Source: an uncultured Acidimicrobiaceae bacterium
GTDB lineage: Bacteria > Actinomycetota > Acidimicrobiia > Acidimicrobiales > RAAP-2
Direction of reading: 5' to 3'
DNA length: 64,000 bases
Assembly: GCA_963756325.1 (NCBI GenBank)
Contig: CAVWNE010000011.1
Span: 25,893-89,892 of the forward strand
The position numbers and the translations under genes are program-made. The notes below the pieces were generated by a model that saw only the letters and a program-made list of their open reading frames with translations, was not told the origin of the DNA and searched no databases. The first letter of the stretch is position 1; every line of letters begins with the position of its first letter. This document shows, piece after piece, positions 28,695-38,984 of the stretch.

Positions 28695-29978
28695 TCACTT
28701 CGTAAATAGATTGGCGATCGTTTCGACGATCTCCCCTCGAGCAGCGCGCTGTTGCGTCTGTCCAAAGTCCTGGCTCCGCAGGTCTCTAATGGTAACCTCG
28801 CTCGCCGCCAGCTCCTCGGGACCCACCAGGAGAGCGAACCTCGCGCCGGAGCGATCAGCCGCCTTCATCTGAGCCTTCATCGAGCGCTGGTCGTAGGCGC
28901 GATCGGTGGCGAATCCAGCCTGTCGAAGTGTCTCGATCATCGCCGCGACCGACACGTCACCGGTCGTATCGATGACAAAGAGATCGAGCGTTCGCTTGAG
29001 GAGTTCCGTGGTCACACCCTCGGCCTCGCGAGCGAGCAGAATGCGCTCCACCCCGCTGCCAAAGCCAATCCCGCTGGTGGGCTTGCCGCCGAGCTCTTCG
29101 GCCAACTGGTCGTAGCGACCGCCTCCGCCAATGGAGTTCTGGGCGCTCTCGAAGGCGTCCGCCACGAACTCAAAGGTGGTGCGGTTGTAATAGTCAAAGC
29201 CGCGCACGAGTCGAGGCGCGAGCGTGGTGGCGATGCCGATGGCACTGAGGCCCTCCACCACGGTGTCGAAGTGAGCCCGACAAGCGCCACAGATGTGGTC
29301 AATCAGCATCGGCCCTTTGGAGGTGACGTCAACGCACTCTTCACGCTTGCAGTCCAGGACCCGCAACGGGTTCTGGCGCCAGGTCTTGGCGTGCTCGTCA
29401 CACAGCTCGTCTTCATGTTCGCCGAGGTACTCGCCCAGCAGGGCCACGTACGCGGCTCGACACTCCGGGTGGCCCATCGAGTTGATCAGCAGCGTGATCC
29501 GTTGAAGGCCGATGGCCTTATACACAGTGTGCGCGAGGGCGATGACCTCGACGTCGACGGCCGGGTCGTCAGTGCCGAGCACCTCCACCCCGAGTTGGTA
29601 GTGCTGACGGTAACGGCCCTTTTGAGGACGCTCGTAGCGAAAGGCCGGAGTGAGGTACCAGGCTTTCCAGGGAGTGGTGGGCTGATGTTGCACGAACGCG
29701 CGCACCACCGAGGCGGTCCCTTCAGGACGCAGGGCGTAGCGTCGCTGCCCGCGGTCTTCAAAGACGTACATCTCGTTGCGAAACACGTCGCTGTCTTCAC
29801 CAATGCCGCGCACGAAGACGCCGACGTCTTCGAAGATGGGCGTCATGACCAGGGAGAACCCGTACCGATAGGCGGTCTGGGCAAAGATCGCGACCAGGCC
29901 TTCCCACTGGGCGGACTCCGGTGCAAGAACATCGTGAGTTCCTACGGGCGCCTGAAAGGGCGCAACGGAGTCGCTCAT
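28695..29978 (-). CDS. hisS: histidine--tRNA ligase
   Basis: GTHDVLAP, YALRPEGTASVVR, FRYERPQKGRYRQHYQ, GGGRYD, plus a C-terminal anticodon-binding domain. Confidence 0.95.
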   Translation of the reverse strand: MSDSVAPFQAPVGTHDVLAPESAQWEGLVAIFAQTAYRYGFSLVMTPIFEDVGVFVRGIGEDSDVFRNEMYVFEDRGQRRYALRPEGTASVVRAFVQHQPTTPWKAWYLTPAFRYERPQKGRYRQHYQLGVEVLGTDDPAVDVEVIALAHTVYKAIGLQRITLLINSMGHPECRAAYVALLGEYLGEHEDELCDEHAKTWRQNPLRVLDCKREECVDVTSKGPMLIDHICGACRAHFDTVVEGLSAIGIATTLAPRLVRGFDYYNRTTFEFVADAFESAQNSIGGGGRYDQLAEELGGKPTSGIGFGSGVERILLAREAEGVTTELLKRTLDLFVIDTTGDVSVAAMIETLRQAGFATDRAYDQRSMKAQMKAADRSGARFALLVGPEELAASEVTIRDLRSQDFGQTQQRAARGEIVETIANLFTK

Positions 29979-32185
29979 GATGTCTTGTTCTGACCCGGCA
30001 GTTGACGAAACGCGTCAAAGACACCATCGACACCCTTGAGGGCTGCCAGCAGACTCGACAGGTGCGTCGGATCGGCCAGCTCGACGTCAAAGACCATGCG
30101 CACGATGCGAGCGCCCGAGGTGGTTGATGAGCTCGAGATGATGTTCAGGTGGTACTCCGCCACCACCTTGGAAACATCGAGCAAGAGGCGAGAGCGATCG
30201 AAGGCCATGATCTCGAGCACGGCGCGGTACTGCCCCCCGGCCGAACCGTCCCACTCGACGTCGATGATCCGCTCCCCCAAACGCTGCGCCAGAGCGACCG
30301 CGTTGGAACAGTCGTCGCGGTGCACCGAGACGCCGCGTCCCTGGGTGATGAATCCCATGATGCTGTCGCCCGGTACGGGCGAGCAACAGCGCGCCAGATG
30401 CACCATGACATCGTCGAGCCCTTCGACGTAGACCCCCGCGGTGCGCCGCGTGCTGCGCGAGGTACGCGGCGCTTTGGTGACCGTGGTTGGCATCTGCTCG
30501 GCGTCTCCTCCGCGCAGCTCACGATCGAGTCGTTGGACCACGGCCAGCGCGGAGATCTGGCTGGAGTCGATCGACATAAACAGTGCGTCGCGATCCTCCA
30601 GTCCGAGCGCTCTGATAACCGCGTCCAAGGCGCTCGAGGAGAGCGACGTGGCGATCGGCAGACCCTCGCGCCGCAGCGCCTTCGTCAGCTCTTCACGCCC
30701 GCCCTCAATGGCGTCATCGCGTCGTTCTCGCTGGAACCACTGGCGAATCTTGGACTTCGCGCGCGATGACTGGGCGATGGCGAGCCAGTCGCGCGAGGGG
30801 CCAGCGTTGTCGTTCTTGCTGGTCACGATCTCTACCACGTCGGCCGAGCGCAGAACCGTGTCGAGGGGTACCAGGCGCCCGTTCACCTTGGCCCCGACGC
30901 AGCGGTGACCGACCTCGGTGTGCACGGCGTAGGCGAAGTCAATGGGCGTCGCCCCCTCGATCAGGGCAATCACTCGGCCCTTCGGCGTAAAGAGATAGAC
31001 CTCGTCTTGGCCGAGGTCGAGCTTCAGGGCTTCGAGGAAGGCGATGGGATCGTTTTCCTCCTCTTCGACGTCGGCTAGACGCTGCATCCAAGCGACTTCC
31101 CTCGCCGAGGCCCCCTCTTTGTAGCTCCAGTGCGCGGCCACGCCGAACTCGGCGCGACGGTGCATCTCTTGGGTTCGAACCTGAACCTCGACCGACTTGC
31201 CGCGGGGCCCGATCACCGTGGTGTGCAGGGACTGATACAGGTTGAACTTGGGAGAGTTGATGTAGTCCTTGAAGCGACCCTGCACCGGAGACCAGAGCGC
31301 GTGTATCGCGCCGAGTGCCGCCCAGCAGTCGCGCTCCTCTTCGACGATGAGTCGCAGACCCACCAAGTCAAAGATGTCGTCGAACTCCTTGCCGCCCACC
31401 ACCATCTTCTCGTAGATGCTCCAAAAGTGCTTCGGTCGGCCACGAATCTCCGCGGCGATGCCGAACTCGGCCAGTTTCTTAGACAGCGTGTCCATCACCT
31501 CGTGCAGGTACGCCTCGCGCTCGGGGGCGCGGGCCGCCACCATCTGTTCGATCTCGGCGTAACGCTTGGGGTGAAGGGTCGCGAAGCTGAGGTCTTCCAG
31601 TTGCCACTTGACCTGTTGGACGCCGAGGCGGTGAGCGAGCGGCGCGTAGACGTCCAGGGTCTCTTGGGCGATCGCGCGCTGACGGTGCATCGGCATGACC
31701 GAGATGGTGCGCATGTTATGGAGTCGGTCGGCCAGCTTGATGAGCAGCACGCGCCAGTCCTGGGCCATGGCGATGAACATCTTGCGAATCGTGGCCGCTT
31801 GTTGAGCTTCCTTGGAGTCAAACTCCAGGCGATCCAACTTGGTGACGCCGTCCACCACGGCCGTGACTTGGGGGCCGAACTCTCCCTCCAGCCACTGGAC
31901 GGTGACTCCCGTGTCTTCCACCGCGTCGTGCAGCAAGGCGGCCGCGATGGTGATCTCGTCCAGCCCCAGGTCGGCCGCGATTCCGGCCACGGCGATGGGG
32001 TGGGTGACGTAGGGCTCACCGGTGCGGCGTAGCTGGCCCTCGTGGGCGTTGATGGCGGCAATTCCCGCCCGACGGATCAGTTCGACGTCGCCGTCGTCGT
32101 GGTGCTCCTTAAAACGCGCGATTAGCCGCTCAATTGAGCCCAAAAGGACCGGATCGGCGGTAGCGCGCGACGTGAGACTGACCAT
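29975..32185 (-). CDS. relA: bifunctional (p)ppGpp synthetase/hydrolase (RSH)
   Basis: HD hydrolase (HPIAVA..., LHDAVEDT), synthetase (RPKHFWSIYEKM, YQSLHTTV), then TGS and ACT regions. Confidence 0.95.
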   Translation of the reverse strand: MVSLTSRATADPVLLGSIERLIARFKEHHDDGDVELIRRAGIAAINAHEGQLRRTGEPYVTHPIAVAGIAADLGLDEITIAAALLHDAVEDTGVTVQWLEGEFGPQVTAVVDGVTKLDRLEFDSKEAQQAATIRKMFIAMAQDWRVLLIKLADRLHNMRTISVMPMHRQRAIAQETLDVYAPLAHRLGVQQVKWQLEDLSFATLHPKRYAEIEQMVAARAPEREAYLHEVMDTLSKKLAEFGIAAEIRGRPKHFWSIYEKMVVGGKEFDDIFDLVGLRLIVEEERDCWAALGAIHALWSPVQGRFKDYINSPKFNLYQSLHTTVIGPRGKSVEVQVRTQEMHRRAEFGVAAHWSYKEGASAREVAWMQRLADVEEEENDPIAFLEALKLDLGQDEVYLFTPKGRVIALIEGATPIDFAYAVHTEVGHRCVGAKVNGRLVPLDTVLRSADVVEIVTSKNDNAGPSRDWLAIAQSSRAKSKIRQWFQRERRDDAIEGGREELTKALRREGLPIATSLSSSALDAVIRALGLEDRDALFMSIDSSQISALAVVQRLDRELRGGDAEQMPTTVTKAPRTSRSTRRTAGVYVEGLDDVMVHLARCCSPVPGDSIMGFITQGRGVSVHRDDCSNAVALAQRLGERIIDVEWDGSAGGQYRAVLEIMAFDRSRLLLDVSKVVAEYHLNIISSSSTTSGARIVRMVFDVELADPTHLSSLLAALKGVDGVFDAFRQLPGQNKTS

Positions 32186-32205
32186 ACGATCAGCCTACCG
32201 GTGGG

Positions 32206-33360
32206 TTAGCGGCGTTTCTGCTTACGCGCGCGCGCCTGGATGGTGCCGGTGACGGCACTGGAACGCATCGGTCGAACCCCGACGCTGGAAGAGGAGCCCT
32301 GCGCTCCCGCGACCGCGGCCGTCGTCGCGGTCAAGACTTTGCGATCGCCACGAGCCAACACGCGGGCCGCCAAGTCGCGGTAGCGCGGCTCGCGCTCTTT
32401 CATCACGGCGAGCAACGGGCTGGCGATGAAGATCGAGGAGTACGCCCCGCTCATCAGGCCCACGAAGAGGGCCAAACCGTAGCTCTGCAACGTGGTCGCG
32501 CCCAGAATGTCGGCGCCCACCACCAGCACCGCCAACACCGGCAAGATGGCGACCAGCGACGTATTTATGGAGCGAGCCAGGGTCTGGTTCATGGAGAGGT
32601 TGACCATCTCGCTGTAGGTCAGGTCACCGCCCTTCAAGACCCCGTTCGTATTGTCTCTCACTCGGTCAAAGACCACCACGGTGTCGTAGAGCGAGTAACC
32701 CAGGATCGTCAAGATGGCGATGACCGTATCGGGCGTGATCTGCAGCCCAAAGAGGGAGTACACCCCGACCGTGACCAACAAGTCGTGGACCATGGCGATG
32801 AAGGCCGCGGCGGCCATTTTCGGTTCGAAACGAATACTGATGTAAGCCACCACCGCGATGAAGAAGACGATCAACGCCTCCAGGGCCTTGTCGGTGATCT
32901 GGCCACCCCAGGTCGGTCCGACCGAGGTGATCGAGACCTGATTATCGGACACGTGCGCGGTCTTCGCCATCGCGTCGACCACTTTGTTGCTGAGGGCCTT
33001 CTGGGCGGTCTGGCTCAACGACTGGATGTCGGCGCTGACGTCGTAGGTCTGCGATCCCAGCTTCTCGACCGTCGGGTTGGGCAAGCCGGCCTTCTCCACC
33101 GCCGTCGTCATCTGAGCGATGGACGAGTGAGGCGCGAGGACTTCCCAGGAGTTACCGCCCTTGAAGTCGATGCCGAAATTGAAACCTCGCACCCCGAGCG
33201 AGCCCAGACCGAGCACGATGATGGCCAGGGACACGCTGAACCAGATCTTGCGGCGTCCCACAAAGTCAACGCGCGTCAGACCGTGATAGAGACGACCGAC
33301 GGGTCCGTAGTGCTTGTCGTCGGCCGGAGCGAAGGTGTCGTTATTACTCACTGGCCGCAC
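32206..33360 (-). CDS. secF: protein translocase subunit SecF
   Basis: FVGRRKIWF..., GIDFKGG..., YSLYDTVVVFDRVRDN. Overlaps the secD end by 17 nt. Confidence 0.9.
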   Translation of the reverse strand: MRPVSNNDTFAPADDKHYGPVGRLYHGLTRVDFVGRRKIWFSVSLAIIVLGLGSLGVRGFNFGIDFKGGNSWEVLAPHSSIAQMTTAVEKAGLPNPTVEKLGSQTYDVSADIQSLSQTAQKALSNKVVDAMAKTAHVSDNQVSITSVGPTWGGQITDKALEALIVFFIAVVAYISIRFEPKMAAAAFIAMVHDLLVTVGVYSLFGLQITPDTVIAILTILGYSLYDTVVVFDRVRDNTNGVLKGGDLTYSEMVNLSMNQTLARSINTSLVAILPVLAVLVVGADILGATTLQSYGLALFVGLMSGAYSSIFIASPLLAVMKEREPRYRDLAARVLARGDRKVLTATTAAVAGAQGSSSSVGVRPMRSSAVTGTIQARARKQKRR

Positions 33361-34840
33361 CCACCGTCTGTTGGGGACCCGCGTGAAGTCCGGCCGCCAT
33401 AGACAACGCCGAGCTGCCCGCCGTGTTACGGCGACCGAGGAGTATGACCAGCGGTCTCGTGAAGTACCAGGTAATGAACACGTCCATCAAGGTGGAAAGT
33501 CCGAGGAAGAAGGCGAAACCCTTGACGTCACCCACGGCAATGATGTACAGCAGTACCGCGGCGAGGAGACTCACCGTATCGGCGGCCAGCACCGTTCGCC
33601 AGGCCGAGCGAAAGCCCCGGTCTACCGATGATCGAATGGAGCGCCCGGCCCGCGCTTCGTCTTTTAATCGTTCGAAATACACGATGTAACTGTCGACCGT
33701 GATACCAATGGACACAATCAATCCGGTAACACCGGCCAAGTCAAAACTGGGCGCGAACGCCGTGTGGCCGAGCGCCGAGATGATGGCCCACAGCAACGCT
33801 GCGGTGACCGAGAGGCCGAGCACGATAACCAGTCCGAGGGCGCGGTAATAGAGGATGGTGTACAACAACACCAGGGCGAGGCCGGCCAAACCGGCACCCA
33901 ACCCCGCCACCAGTGCGGAGTGGCCGAGCGTCGGCGAGACGGTGACGGTATCGAGCGGGTTGAGTCGAACGGGAAGCGCACCAAAGTTCATGGCCAGTGC
34001 GAGATTCTTTGCCGAGGCTTCAGTGAATGATCCCGAAATCTCACCTTGACCATCAAAACTCGTGAAGGTCGCCTGGCCCGGCAAGATGTCGGGCGCGGAC
34101 TGGACCACTCCATCGAGCTCGATACCCACTTGCTTGTGGAAGTTCTCCTGGGCCACCTTGTCCCAGGCGGGACTACCCGTTTTGGTCAACGTGTAGTTGA
34201 CAACCCACTCGCCGGTCTGGGTCTGTTGGGCGACCGCCTTCTTCACGGCGCGTCCCGTCAGTTGGGCGGGTCCCAGTACGTAGCGAAGTCCCTTTTCTCC
34301 AAGCACCGGTAGGAGAACTTCGTTCTTCTTAAAGTCCTTGTCGGGCGCGGTTGCCTTTAGGTCAGTAAAGGCCGGATCTGGTTGAAGAGCGTTAGTGTTC
34401 GCGGTCGTCTCCAGGTACTGCGCCCCGCAGGTGGGTAACTTGCCCGGAGCAACAGCCTTCAGTTTGGTTCCGACATCGGCGGCACAGAGAACGGGGCGGA
34501 AATACAACTGCGCCGTCTGCCCCACCGCGGCCAGGACGGCCCGGGCGTGCTTCGCTCCCGGGACGCTGACGACTACTTCTCGGCCCTGGAGATTGACGGT
34601 GGCGCCCGAGACGCCGAGTCCATTGACCCGGTTGTTCAAGATCGTCACGACCTCTTGCATATCCGAGAGCGACACCTTTTGTGCGGGCTTGTACACGACG
34701 GAGACCCCACCAGCGAGATCCAGACCCAACTTGGGACCCCAGCCGAGTGACAACGTCGCAGCCAAAGCTCCAAAAGCGATAACGATGGTGAGAACGAGGC
34801 TGACGACCAGCGATCGTCGTGAACCAACCTGTGGCGGCAT
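33344..34840 (-). CDS. secD: protein translocase subunit SecD
   Basis: LGLDLAGGVSVVY, periplasmic P1 region, SIGITVDSYIVYFERLKDE. The ATG shares one nt with the yajC stop. Confidence 0.9.
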   Translation of the reverse strand: MPPQVGSRRSLVVSLVLTIVIAFGALAATLSLGWGPKLGLDLAGGVSVVYKPAQKVSLSDMQEVVTILNNRVNGLGVSGATVNLQGREVVVSVPGAKHARAVLAAVGQTAQLYFRPVLCAADVGTKLKAVAPGKLPTCGAQYLETTANTNALQPDPAFTDLKATAPDKDFKKNEVLLPVLGEKGLRYVLGPAQLTGRAVKKAVAQQTQTGEWVVNYTLTKTGSPAWDKVAQENFHKQVGIELDGVVQSAPDILPGQATFTSFDGQGEISGSFTEASAKNLALAMNFGALPVRLNPLDTVTVSPTLGHSALVAGLGAGLAGLALVLLYTILYYRALGLVIVLGLSVTAALLWAIISALGHTAFAPSFDLAGVTGLIVSIGITVDSYIVYFERLKDEARAGRSIRSSVDRGFRSAWRTVLAADTVSLLAAVLLYIIAVGDVKGFAFFLGLSTLMDVFITWYFTRPLVILLGRRNTAGSSALSMAAGLHAGPQQTVGAASE

Positions 34841-35214
34841 TACTGAGCGTCGCCTTCCGTCGGGTGGTCGTGGTCGTGGTCGTCCGTGGACTCAGGGATG
34901 TCCATCGGAGGGATGTACTTGCGGGCGATCGCCGAGGGAATGAAGTCGAGCTCGACCCCACCCTCCGTTCGCAACGTGACCAGGTTGGGCTCGCTCTTGA
35001 CGACGGTGCCGATGAATCCGCCGATGGTCTGGGCGACTTCTCCCACTTCGACCTTGCGCTGCTCTTGGCGCTGAGCCTTCATCCGCTTATTACGAGGGCG
35101 AATAAAGAAGTAGTACAGGCCCGCGATGAAAACCAGGTAAATAAGAATGAATGGCGAAATCCCCGAAGACTTCTTGGCCGTCGTGGCGACGATGTGAGAA
35201 AGCGCGAACAGCAT
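34840..35214 (-). CDS. yajC: preprotein translocase subunit YajC (with His/Asp-rich C-tail)
   Basis: Single TM plus RPRNKRMKAQRQ..., position upstream of secDF. The tail is ...STDDHDHDHPTEGDAQ. Confidence 0.85.
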   Translation of the reverse strand: MLFALSHIVATTAKKSSGISPFILIYLVFIAGLYYFFIRPRNKRMKAQRQEQRKVEVGEVAQTIGGFIGTVVKSEPNLVTLRTEGGVELDFIPSAIARKYIPPMDIPESTDDHDHDHPTEGDAQ

Positions 35215-35268
35215 AGAGTTTTCCTTCGTTAACGGACAGAGAAACTCTACTCTGTGCCCGCTAAGCCC

Positions 35269-36306
35269 TTAGAACAGCCCATCGTGGCGCTGGGGTAATC
35301 CCAGGTGCTCGTACGCGCGCTCAGTGGCGACCCGGCCTCGCGGCGTGCGAATCATGAGTCCCGAACGAAGAAGGTACGGCTCATAGGCGTCTTCAATCGT
35401 CAGCGGCTCTTCTCCGCACGCGTGAGCCAGCGTGGTCAGCCCTACCGGCTGGTTGGCGAACTGGTCACACAGCAACGTCAAGATCCGCCGGTCGATCTTG
35501 TCCAGACCAAACTCATCGACGCCAAAGAGAGTGAGCGCGTCGCGCGCGACATCTTCGTTGACGTCGTGATGGCCCCCTACCGAAGCAAAATCCCGGACCC
35601 TTCGTAGGAGGCGATTGGCGATGCGCGGCGTGCCCCGACTTCTCGAGGCGATCAGCGTGGCGGCCTCGGGACCGAGGGCCACGTCGAGCAACTTCGCCGA
35701 GCGCGCCGCGATCTCCGTGAGTTCTTCGACCTCGTAGAGATCAAGTTGGCCAATGAAACCGAAACGATCCCGCAGCGGCGCGGCCACCAGGCCGGTCCTC
35801 GTGGTCGCGCCCACCAAAGTGAAGTTGGGTAGGTCCAAGCGAATCGATCTCGCTGACGGCCCGCGGCCAATCATGACGTCGAGACGGAGATCTTCCATCG
35901 CCGGGTACAGCACCTCTTCCACCGCGCGGGACAAGCGGTGCAGTTCATCGATGAAGAGGACGTCGCCATCCTGCAGATCCGTCAACAGGGCGGCGAGATC
36001 GCCGGGTCGCGAGAGAACCGGCCCCGACGTCACGCGAAAACCCGCACCCATCTCGCTCGCCACAATGCTGGCGAGCGAGGTCTTGCCGAGGCCCGGCGGT
36101 CCCGCGAAGAGCAAGTGGTCAGCGCACTGGTTTCGCGCACGCGCCGACCCGAGCACAATTTGCAGATGTCCGACCAGATCACGCTGGCCCACAAAGTCGC
36201 CGAGCGTCTGGGGACGAAGTGACGCCTCAGTCCGTCGTTCTTGCTCGCTCGCGTCGGCCGCGACCACGTGATCGCTCAGTTGATCGAGGTCGAGTTCGTG
36301 CTTCAC
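35269..36306 (-). CDS. ruvB: Holliday junction branch-migration helicase RuvB
   Basis: LRPQTLGDFVGQ, Walker A GPPGLGKTS, FIDELHRL, LGLTTLA winged-helix region. Confidence 0.97.
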   Translation of the reverse strand: MKHELDLDQLSDHVVAADASEQERRTEASLRPQTLGDFVGQRDLVGHLQIVLGSARARNQCADHLLFAGPPGLGKTSLASIVASEMGAGFRVTSGPVLSRPGDLAALLTDLQDGDVLFIDELHRLSRAVEEVLYPAMEDLRLDVMIGRGPSARSIRLDLPNFTLVGATTRTGLVAAPLRDRFGFIGQLDLYEVEELTEIAARSAKLLDVALGPEAATLIASRSRGTPRIANRLLRRVRDFASVGGHHDVNEDVARDALTLFGVDEFGLDKIDRRILTLLCDQFANQPVGLTTLAHACGEEPLTIEDAYEPYLLRSGLMIRTPRGRVATERAYEHLGLPQRHDGLF

Positions 36307-36875
36307 GGCCGCCTCAACAGCTGCAGCGCGGTGCGCAACGCGTCTGATTCGTCAGGTGGCAAGGTCACATCGCGCAGCGCCGTTCGAACCTCATGGCTGG
36401 TGTAACCGAGAGCGTGCAGAGCGTCATCGATCGCCGCGTCAATGTGGTCAACGGGTTCATTCGCCACGAAAGCCACGTCGCCGAGCACTTTGCCTTTTAG
36501 CTCGAGCACAATGCGGCTCGCCGTCTTGGGTCCAATGCCCGAGATGGTCGCCACCTTCTTTGCGTCATCACTCTCGATCGCGTAAGCGAGTTCCGCGACG
36601 CTCATGGTTCGAAGGGCGCCCAGTGCGGTGGAGGGTCCCACCCCTGGGGTCGCGAGCAACAGCTCGAAGAACTCTCGATCGTCGGCCGTGTGAAATCCGA
36701 AGAGTTGAATCGCGTCCTCACGCACCACCGTATAGATGAACAGCTCGAGCAGTTCATCGAAAGGAGGTGTCTCGCTGGAGGCCACGTGAACCTCGTAGCC
36801 CACGCCCTGGACATCGATCAGCACCGCACCGTTTCTTAACTGGTGCACCACACGCCCGTTGAGCCAACCGATCAC
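36303..36875 (-). CDS. ruvA: Holliday junction DNA helicase RuvA
   Basis: MIGWLNGRVV..., the two HhH motifs (LLATPGVGPSTAL, ISGIGPKTASRI) and C-terminal domain III. Confidence 0.95.
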   Translation of the reverse strand: MIGWLNGRVVHQLRNGAVLIDVQGVGYEVHVASSETPPFDELLELFIYTVVREDAIQLFGFHTADDREFFELLLATPGVGPSTALGALRTMSVAELAYAIESDDAKKVATISGIGPKTASRIVLELKGKVLGDVAFVANEPVDHIDAAIDDALHALGYTSHEVRTALRDVTLPPDESDALRTALQLLRRP

Positions 36876-37384
36876 GCGCGACTCCCGAGGGCGAGACGGC
36901 GCTCCGTGCGCACAATCATGAAGTAGGCAATGGCCAGGGCGAGGGCGTCAGCCGCGTCGGCGGGTCTGGGTATCTCACTCAGACCGCAGAGTCGCGCGAC
37001 CATTGCCTGCACCTGAGTCTTGCCGGCGGCCCCGTATCCCGACACGGCCAATTTCACTTCTTGAGAGGTGAACTGGCGCACCGTGACGCCCTCGATGCCC
37101 GCGAGGGCAATGGCCACGCCGCTGGCCTGAGCCACCGGTATCGCGGTCTTCGCGTTTCGTTGGTAGAAGAGACGCTCGACGACCACCGCCTCGGGCTGCA
37201 GATCCTTCAAGAGGGCGTCCAGCTCGACGTGAAGTTCTCGAAGTCGCTGCTCCACCGGAGCGTGAGGGTCTGTTTCAATGGTGCCGGCCCGCGCCGCACG
37301 GAACGACTCGACGCCCTCAAAGGATCCTTCGATCAGTCCGAACCCGCAACGGGTCAACCCAGGATCAATACCGAGTACGAACAT
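36872..37384 (-). CDS. ruvC: crossover junction endodeoxyribonuclease RuvC
   Basis: VLGIDPGLTRCGFG, VVERLFYQRN, ADAADALALA catalytic acid residues. Confidence 0.95.
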   Translation of the reverse strand: MFVLGIDPGLTRCGFGLIEGSFEGVESFRAARAGTIETDPHAPVEQRLRELHVELDALLKDLQPEAVVVERLFYQRNAKTAIPVAQASGVAIALAGIEGVTVRQFTSQEVKLAVSGYGAAGKTQVQAMVARLCGLSEIPRPADAADALALAIAYFMIVRTERRLALGSRA

Positions 37385-37423
37385 ACGTTCGATAGTAGTT
37401 CGCGGGACCCGCCTCGCCGGGTA

Positions 37424-38197
37424 TTACGTCAGGACCTCGATCGCCGCGTCCACCAATCGTCCCAGTCCCCCTTCACCGCGCTTTCGCCCCGGCGCGAGCC
37501 TCCACTCGTCGTGCGCGAGCAAGTGATCCGAGATAGTAAAGATGGCCGCGACCTCCACTCCCAACACTTCCCCGACCGCAAACAGTGCGGCCGCTTCCAT
37601 GTCGACGGTCAGAATTCCTTCGTCACGATAGGCCGTCGCCTCGGCGATCGTCTCACGAAAGATGGCGTCGATGGTCCAGGTCGGTCCTTCGCTCACTTGA
37701 TCTCCACCCGACAACACCTGGACAAGACGCGCGCTGAGCGTGGGAGACGGGTGGGAATAGCGGGCCGCGGCCAGATAGTGATGTGACACACCCTCGTCGC
37801 GCAACGCTTTCGAACAGACGACGACGTCGTCGAAATCAAGTTCGTTGGAGAGTGCTCCGGCAAAACCGAGCGAGACGAATCGAGTGGCTCCTAGTTCGAC
37901 CAGCTCTTCCAATACCATGGCGGCGGCCGGTGCCCCTATGCCAAAGCCAGTCACGAATCCGAGGTCGGCGCCCTCGCGACGCCAGATCGAGAACCAGGGC
38001 GGTGGATATCCAAAGACCTCGACAAAACCTCGTTCCCTCAGTATCGGGGGAAGCCGAGTTGCGGAATACCCCAAAACGATCGACGAAGGGACCGAACGGT
38101 CATGGGCCCCGATCGCCTCCATGAAGTTCTTGGCCGTGAGCAAGGCGTTGCCCTCGTGCTTGTTCGGAAATCTCGGAAAACCGAGCGACTCACTCAC
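37424..38197 (-). CDS. nucleoside phosphorylase, PNP/UDP-1 family
   Basis: GFGIGAPAAAMVLEELVELGATRFVSLGFAGAL, RDEGVSHHY, VDMEAAALFAV are typical of uridine/purine nucleoside phosphorylases. Substrate not assignable. Confidence 0.7.
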   Translation of the reverse strand: MSESLGFPRFPNKHEGNALLTAKNFMEAIGAHDRSVPSSIVLGYSATRLPPILRERGFVEVFGYPPPWFSIWRREGADLGFVTGFGIGAPAAAMVLEELVELGATRFVSLGFAGALSNELDFDDVVVCSKALRDEGVSHHYLAAARYSHPSPTLSARLVQVLSGGDQVSEGPTWTIDAIFRETIAEATAYRDEGILTVDMEAAALFAVGEVLGVEVAAIFTISDHLLAHDEWRLAPGRKRGEGGLGRLVDAAIEVLT

Positions 38198-38943
38198 CCG
38201 TCGTAAGCGGCCAGCAGTTCATCGGACATATCGAAGTTGGCGTAGACGTTTTGGACGTCGTCGTGGTCGTCGATCGCGTCCATCAGGCGCAGTATCTTCT
38301 TCGCCTCTGAGTCATCGGTGATGGGGATGGTGTTCTGCGGCACCAGGGTGAGGTCGGCGCTCAGCACCTTTAGCCCGTGCTTTTCCAAGGCGTCGCGCAC
38401 CGAGCCCACGTCATGGGGCTCGGTCGTCACGGTGTAGTTCTTGCCGTTGGCTTCGTAGTTCTCGGCGCCGACTTCCATGATCCACTCGAGCAGCTGATCC
38501 TCATCGACGGGTCCCGCGACCTCGACCACGCCTTTTCGGTCGAACTGCCACGAGACCGCGCCGGGCTCGGCGATCGCTCCCCCGTTCTTGCTCAAGAGGT
38601 GCTTGATCTCCGCACTCGTACGGTTTCGATTGTCACTCAAGGTCTCAATAATGACGGCGACGCCGCTCGGTCCATATCCCTCGTAGCTGATCGCCTCGTA
38701 GCGAACCCCCTCCAGCTCCCCGGTCCCGCGCTTGATCGCCCGCTCAATGGTGTCGAGAGGCACCGAGGCCTCACGGGCTTTTTGGAACATGGTGCGCAAC
38801 TGCGCGTTGGCGTCGGGGTCGCCCCCGCCTTCGCGAGCCGCGACTTCAACTTGGCGAATCAGTTTGGCGAAGACCTTCGCGCGGGCCGAGTCCTTCGCGC
38901 CTTTGCGATGTTTGGTCGTTGCCCATTTGGAATGCCCGGACAT
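38194..38943 (-). CDS. yebC: YebC/PmpR-family transcriptional regulator
   Basis: MSGHSKWATTKHRKG... start at ATG 38943. The track start at 39057 is an upstream extension that overlaps pdxT. Confidence 0.9.
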   Translation of the reverse strand: MSGHSKWATTKHRKGAKDSARAKVFAKLIRQVEVAAREGGGDPDANAQLRTMFQKAREASVPLDTIERAIKRGTGELEGVRYEAISYEGYGPSGVAVIIETLSDNRNRTSAEIKHLLSKNGGAIAEPGAVSWQFDRKGVVEVAGPVDEDQLLEWIMEVGAENYEANGKNYTVTTEPHDVGSVRDALEKHGLKVLSADLTLVPQNTIPITDDSEAKKILRLMDAIDDHDDVQNVYANFDMSDELLAAYDG

Positions 38944-38984
38944 GGTTCCTCCTGCCCCGAAGGGCTTGGTTATCGTATCGAAAA

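Noticed and set aside
35215-35268. Imperfect hairpin GGACAGAG-n10-CTCTGTGCC between ruvB and yajC as a terminator.
   Set aside because: The stem is short and bulged, has no U-tract, and sits within a conserved operon context. Too weak to call.
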